DNA of 64,000 nucleotides from Bacillota bacterium (GTDB lineage: Bacteria > Bacillota > Clostridia > DUPQ01), in the NCBI GenBank assembly GCA_036743175.1, contig DAINQB010000001.1, positions 69,135 through 133,134 of the forward strand, read 5' to 3'. Each line of letters opens with the position of its first letter. Position 1 is the first letter of the stretch. Both the position numbers and the translations under genes were made by a program. Of the stretch, positions 59,672 to 64,000 are shown piece after piece. The notes under the pieces were generated by a model. It saw only the letters and a program-made list of their open reading frames with translations. It was not told the DNA's origin and did no database searches.

Positions 59672-60829
59672 TTCAACAGCGGCAACAACCCGTCTTGCAG
59701 GACACGCTATGTTCAGCCTTATGAAGCCTCTTCCTTCTTCTCCGAAGATACTGCCCGGGTCCACCAGCAGCCCTTCCAGACGTTCAAGGTCTTTTGCAAA
59801 CGCCATGTCATCATTGACGCCTGCATTTCCAAGGTCAAGCCAGGCGAGATACGTACCTTCCGGTATGATGAAACCCATTCCCGGGATTTTTTCCTGCAGA
59901 CATTCCTTAAGAAGCCTGAAATTACCATCTATGTACCTGCTTACCTGCTCGAGCCATTCAGCTCCGTTATCATATGCGGCAATATATGCTTCGGCACTCA
60001 GTGGATTTGTCATTCCAAGGCTGAGGATGCCATATGCCCGGTTCTTCCAACGTTCCTTAAGTTCCTGGTTTTCAATTATCACCACTGAAATTGCCAGACC
60101 CGGTATATTGAAGGTCTTGCTGGGAGCGGTAAGTGTAATGGTATTCATCCTGTCCCCGGCCAGGGCTGCAGGTGTGAATTCAGTTCCATCCCTTGTAATG
60201 TCCATATGTATTTCATCACTGACAAGAAGAACATCATTTTCACTGCACAATCTTCCGACTTCATGCAATTCCTGTTCTGTCCAGACACGTCCCACCGGAT
60301 TATGCGGCGAACACAATATCATAAGCTTATTGGCAGGATCCATGACCATGGCTTCCAGGTCTGCAAAATCCATGGAATATCTTCCGCCATGGCAAATAAG
60401 TGGATTTACCACAACCCTTCTTCCGGCTGCCTCTATTGTCTTCCTGAAGGGATAGTATACAGGAGTCTGTATTATTATTCCGTCACCCGGCTCAGTGAAT
60501 TCACTGACAGCTACTCCCAGGGATGTCACAACACCCGGTGCTACCAGTACATCATTGCATGCCGGACTCCATCCATATCTTTTTGATATCCAATTACAGA
60601 TAGCACCGGGAACCTTATCCCTGTCAAACAATGAGTAACCATAGACCGGATGTGCCGCTCTTTTTTCAATTGCACTGACTATCGGTTTGGCACAGGGAAA
60701 ATCCATGTCCGCAACCCACATGGAATTTACTTCTCCATCGTAGCGAACATGTCCCATCCTGAAGTTCCGGTCCCATTTCAACGAAGCAGTGTTGCTTCTG
60801 TCAGGCATCCGGTCAAAATCATATTTCAT
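59642..60829 (-). CDS. patB: MalY/PatB-type PLP-dependent C-S lyase (cystathionine beta-lyase family)
   Basis: Likely start MKYDFDRMPDRSNTASLKWD, a PatB/MalY hallmark; fold-type I aminotransferase. Confidence 0.75.
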   Translation of the reverse strand: MKYDFDRMPDRSNTASLKWDRNFRMGHVRYDGEVNSMWVADMDFPCAKPIVSAIEKRAAHPVYGYSLFDRDKVPGAICNWISKRYGWSPACNDVLVAPGVVTSLGVAVSEFTEPGDGIIIQTPVYYPFRKTIEAAGRRVVVNPLICHGGRYSMDFADLEAMVMDPANKLMILCSPHNPVGRVWTEQELHEVGRLCSENDVLLVSDEIHMDITRDGTEFTPAALAGDRMNTITLTAPSKTFNIPGLAISVVIIENQELKERWKNRAYGILSLGMTNPLSAEAYIAAYDNGAEWLEQVSRYIDGNFRLLKECLQEKIPGMGFIIPEGTYLAWLDLGNAGVNDDMAFAKDLERLEGLLVDPGSIFGEEGRGFIRLNIACPARRVVAAVESIQRVLAKD

Positions 60830-60830
60830 A

Positions 60831-62063
60831 TCAGATTTTAAGTCCTTCTTTAATTCTTCTGACTGCTTCCACTGTATTTTCCCTGGTTCCAAATGCAGTC
60901 AACCTGAAATATCCTTCGCCACTGGGACCGAATCCGGAACCCGGTGTCCCGACTACATTCACTTCGTTCAGCAGCTTGTCAAAGAGCTCCCATGAAGTCA
61001 TTCCTGCGGGTGTTCTGAGCCATATGTAAGGAGCATTTATACCACCATAGACTTCCAGACCTATTTCCCTGAGGCCCTCACGGATTATAGATGCGTTTTT
61101 CATGTAATATGCTATGGTTTCTGCCGTCTGCTTCTTGCCTTCCTCAGTATATACGGCAGCAGCACCCTTTTGGATAATATATGATACCCCATTGAACTTG
61201 GTGCTTACGCGCCTTGCCCACAGTTTGTTTATTGAAACCTCACTCCCGTCAGACGACTTTGCCATGAGTTCCTTCGGAACAACTGTATAAGCACATCTTG
61301 TTCCTGTGAACCCGGCTTTCTTGGAATAACTTCGAAACTCGACGGCAACCTTCTTTGCCCCATCTATTTCGAATATTGACCTTGGTACGTCATCCTCTGA
61401 GATATAAGCCGCATAAGCAGCATCATATAAAATTATGGAGCCGTTCGCAGATGCATAATCCACCCACTTCTTCAGTTCATCCCTGCCCAGTGTCGTACCC
61501 GTGGGATTGTTGGGAGAACAAAGGTAAATGATATCCGCACTTTTTGAAGGCAGTTCCGGCTTGAAATTATTTTCAGCAGTACAAGGCATGTAAATGACAT
61601 TGCTCCACCTGCCGTCAATGAAGTCGCCTGTTCTTCCGGCCATGGCATTTGTATCGACATATACAGGATATACCGGGTCTGTAACGGCTATTGTATTGTC
61701 AGTCCCGAATATTTCCTGAAAATTTCCTGTATCACACTTGGCTCCGTCACTGACGAAGATTTCGTCCTGATCCAGTTCAACCCCTCTGCTTCTATAATCG
61801 TTTTCGATTATTGCATTTATAAGAAAATCGTAACCCTGGTCAGGCCCATAACCCTTGAATGTTTCTCCCTTTGACATGTCGTCGACCGCATTGTGCAATG
61901 CCCTTACAATCTCTTCGTTCAAAGGCTGTGTTACATCACCTATTCCCAGGCTGATTACATTCGCACCCGGATTCGAAGCCTTGTACTTGTTGACCCGGTT
62001 CCTGATTTCTGCAAAGAGATAATTGCCAGGCAGTTTCAGATAGTTCTCGTTGATTTTAAGCAT
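60831..62063 (-). CDS. dapL: LL-diaminopimelate aminotransferase
   Basis: [21 protein letters not shown]-terminus typical of DapL; 410 aa; adjacent to dapF. Confidence 0.85.
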   Translation of the reverse strand: MLKINENYLKLPGNYLFAEIRNRVNKYKASNPGANVISLGIGDVTQPLNEEIVRALHNAVDDMSKGETFKGYGPDQGYDFLINAIIENDYRSRGVELDQDEIFVSDGAKCDTGNFQEIFGTDNTIAVTDPVYPVYVDTNAMAGRTGDFIDGRWSNVIYMPCTAENNFKPELPSKSADIIYLCSPNNPTGTTLGRDELKKWVDYASANGSIILYDAAYAAYISEDDVPRSIFEIDGAKKVAVEFRSYSKKAGFTGTRCAYTVVPKELMAKSSDGSEVSINKLWARRVSTKFNGVSYIIQKGAAAVYTEEGKKQTAETIAYYMKNASIIREGLREIGLEVYGGINAPYIWLRTPAGMTSWELFDKLLNEVNVVGTPGSGFGPSGEGYFRLTAFGTRENTVEAVRRIKEGLKI

Positions 62064-62074
62064 TTTGCCCCCTG

Positions 62075-62908
62075 TTATATATTGATTTCACCTTCAAAGA
62101 CCGTTACTGCTGGTCCGGTCATATAAACATGATTGTCTTCTTCATTCCACTCGATTTCAAGGTCACCGCCCAGAAGCCTTACAGTATTGGTTCTGGGAGA
62201 CTTACCGTTGAGAACCGATGCTACAAGCACTGCGCAGGCCCCGGTTCCGCATGCCAGTGTCTCACCCGAGCCTCTTTCCCATACCCTCATCCTGAGTGTA
62301 CCGTCCTCAAGGACTTCCACGAACTCGGTATTGATTCTTTTGGGAAACAGCACGTGGTTCTCCATGAGCGGTCCTTCTTTTTCAATGTCAATTGAATCCA
62401 CTGAGCCCACATATGTGACAGCATGTGGATTTCCCATGGAGACACAGGTAATGTTGTATTTTGCAATATCTGTGCTGATAGTCCTGTCAATACAAGTGCT
62501 TCCATCAAATGAAACAGGTATCGAAGCCGGTTCAAGTATAGGTTCACCCATGTCTACCCGGGCTTCATAAACCAAACTGTCTCTTACACTCAGCTGCAGT
62601 ATCTTTATGCCTGCAAGGGTTTCGATTTCAACGGTTTCCTTTTTCGTCAGCCCCTTGTCATATACGAATTTTCCTACGCATCTTATACCATTGCCGCACA
62701 TTTCACCTTCAGAACCGTCTGCATTGAACATCCTCATCCTGAAATCAGCCTTATCAGATGGACATACCAGAATCAGCCCGTCACTGCCTATCCCGAAATG
62801 TCTGTCACTTACAAATACGGCAACCTTTGAAGGATCCTCAATGGTTTCCGTCATACAGTTGACATAAACATAATCGTTGCCTATTCCATGCATCTTTGTA
62901 AACTTCAT
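62075..62908 (-). CDS. dapF: Diaminopimelate epimerase
   Basis: [17 protein letters not shown] and the two catalytic Cys regions ([15 protein letters not shown]). Confidence 0.9.
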   Translation of the reverse strand: MKFTKMHGIGNDYVYVNCMTETIEDPSKVAVFVSDRHFGIGSDGLILVCPSDKADFRMRMFNADGSEGEMCGNGIRCVGKFVYDKGLTKKETVEIETLAGIKILQLSVRDSLVYEARVDMGEPILEPASIPVSFDGSTCIDRTISTDIAKYNITCVSMGNPHAVTYVGSVDSIDIEKEGPLMENHVLFPKRINTEFVEVLEDGTLRMRVWERGSGETLACGTGACAVLVASVLNGKSPRTNTVRLLGGDLEIEWNEEDNHVYMTGPAVTVFEGEINI

Positions 62909-62965
62909 TTTTCTTCCTTTCGGTCCGGGTCCAAAATGATTTCATCCATTATACTAAAGGGTATT

Positions 62966-63994
62966 TCAATCTTCAATGATAACTTTGTCCCGACCTGTGT
63001 TCTTTGCATCATACAAAAGCATATCTGCCCTTTTAAGGGACTCTTCAACATCACCGTTGTATTTTGCGATTCCTCCGCTGATTGTCACATCAATTGAATC
63101 CTTCAGAATCTTTCTGAACTCAGCTACCTTGCCCGATATTACCTTCTTGTCACATCCTGCTCCTATTACAAGGAATTCATCTCCACCGAACCGGATGCTG
63201 GTCATATCCTCAAATATGGAGGTCATTGCTTCAGCCACCTTGATCAATATCCTGTCTCCTTCGGAATGACCGAGTTTGTCATTGATGGTCTTGAATCTGT
63301 CGATGTCAAATATGAACAGGCAGACATGGGCATCCGATTCCTGCAGTTCAGCCAGCCTTTCCTTTAAATAACGGCGGTTGAAAATCCCTGTCAGGGTGTC
63401 ATTCTTTGATATTTCCTCCATCTCCCTCGATAAACCAAGTGCCCTGTCCCGCTCCCTTCTGTGTTCGTTGGATGTCCATAAGGCCAGTGCTGCTATGAGA
63501 AGCAGTATTACAGGTATATTGGTAAGCCAGTCAAGAAACATATCATTGTCCGATACAACAGGAAAAATTTCAGGCACAAAGTAGTTCAAAAGCATGAGCA
63601 CCTGTGCAATAACTATATAGGATGCAATGAAGAAAATACGAACTTTTCCATAGAAAGAATAAACAATTGCGAGCAGAAGAACAATCATGTATGGTATTGC
63701 TGCGGTTCTCAGTCCACCGCTAAGAATGAAAAGTGCAGGGAAAATTGCATATATGGTAAGAACAAAGCTGACATTCTTTATGACCCTCCTGTTCTTTTCC
63801 CTTCTGTTGTAAAGAATCATTATTCCCGCTATGAATAATATGAATGCAATCCACTTTATGTTCTTCTCAAATGGAATACCTGAAACAATGTTCATAAGGA
63901 CAACCACAAGTGATGACAGGATCATCGTCAGATAGACAAAGGTCACCATTCTTTCTTCCAACGGATAATTGCTGTCAAAGAGATACTTCTTCAT
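62966..63994 (-). CDS. GGDEF-domain diguanylate cyclase with N-terminal multi-TM sensor region
   Basis: GGDEF motif in RFGGDEFLVIGAG and an I-site-like RFKTIND; 5-6 TM helices at the N-terminus. Confidence 0.8.
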   Translation of the reverse strand: MKKYLFDSNYPLEERMVTFVYLTMILSSLVVVLMNIVSGIPFEKNIKWIAFILFIAGIMILYNRREKNRRVIKNVSFVLTIYAIFPALFILSGGLRTAAIPYMIVLLLAIVYSFYGKVRIFFIASYIVIAQVLMLLNYFVPEIFPVVSDNDMFLDWLTNIPVILLLIAALALWTSNEHRRERDRALGLSREMEEISKNDTLTGIFNRRYLKERLAELQESDAHVCLFIFDIDRFKTINDKLGHSEGDRILIKVAEAMTSIFEDMTSIRFGGDEFLVIGAGCDKKVISGKVAEFRKILKDSIDVTISGGIAKYNGDVEESLKRADMLLYDAKNTGRDKVIIED

Positions 63995-64000
63995 GATGAT

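Noticed and set aside
62909-62965. Lysine riboswitch (L-box) upstream of the dapF-dapL operon
   Set aside because: Only 57 nt separate dapF from the upstream GGDEF gene, far too short for an L-box of ~180 nt.

Overview
This 64-kb window looks like chromosome from a low-GC Gram-positive (Clostridia-like) bacterium, with most genes on the minus strand. The housekeeping backbone includes a GNAT / M55 D-aminopeptidase / BNR-hydrolase / MFS cluster, pgsA-rimO, recA-recX with a Cheo/LexA box, murJ and cinA. It also holds the conserved rpsB-tsf | pyrH-frr | uppS-cdsA-dxr-rseP-ispG-polC block, rpmB, nth, a CssRS-like two-component system with htrA, bioY with a BirA operator, prfB, trxA and dapF-dapL-patB. 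Accessory content: (1) two identical IS256-family copies in direct orientation whose outer junctions carry the same 8-bp sequence CAGCTGCA, indicating a ~5.7-kb composite transposon; its very AT-rich cargo encodes two paralogous small secreted Tyr/Trp/Gly-rich proteins flanking an orphan SBP-like lipoprotein. (2) A T-box leader with a sigma-A promoter, K-turn stem I, apparent UUC-A specifier, T-box sequence and terminator precedes a phenylacetate-CoA ligase + ACT operon. (3) A RelE/RHH-antitoxin module is bracketed by ~50-bp imperfect direct repeats. (4) A small membrane/lipoprotein gene is bracketed by two copies of a 37-bp palindrome. (5) A DHHW + MBOAT O-acyltransferase pair is present. No rRNA, tRNA or CRISPR array was seen. 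All calls rest on motif and family recognition from the translated ORFs and direct reading of the DNA; no database search was run.
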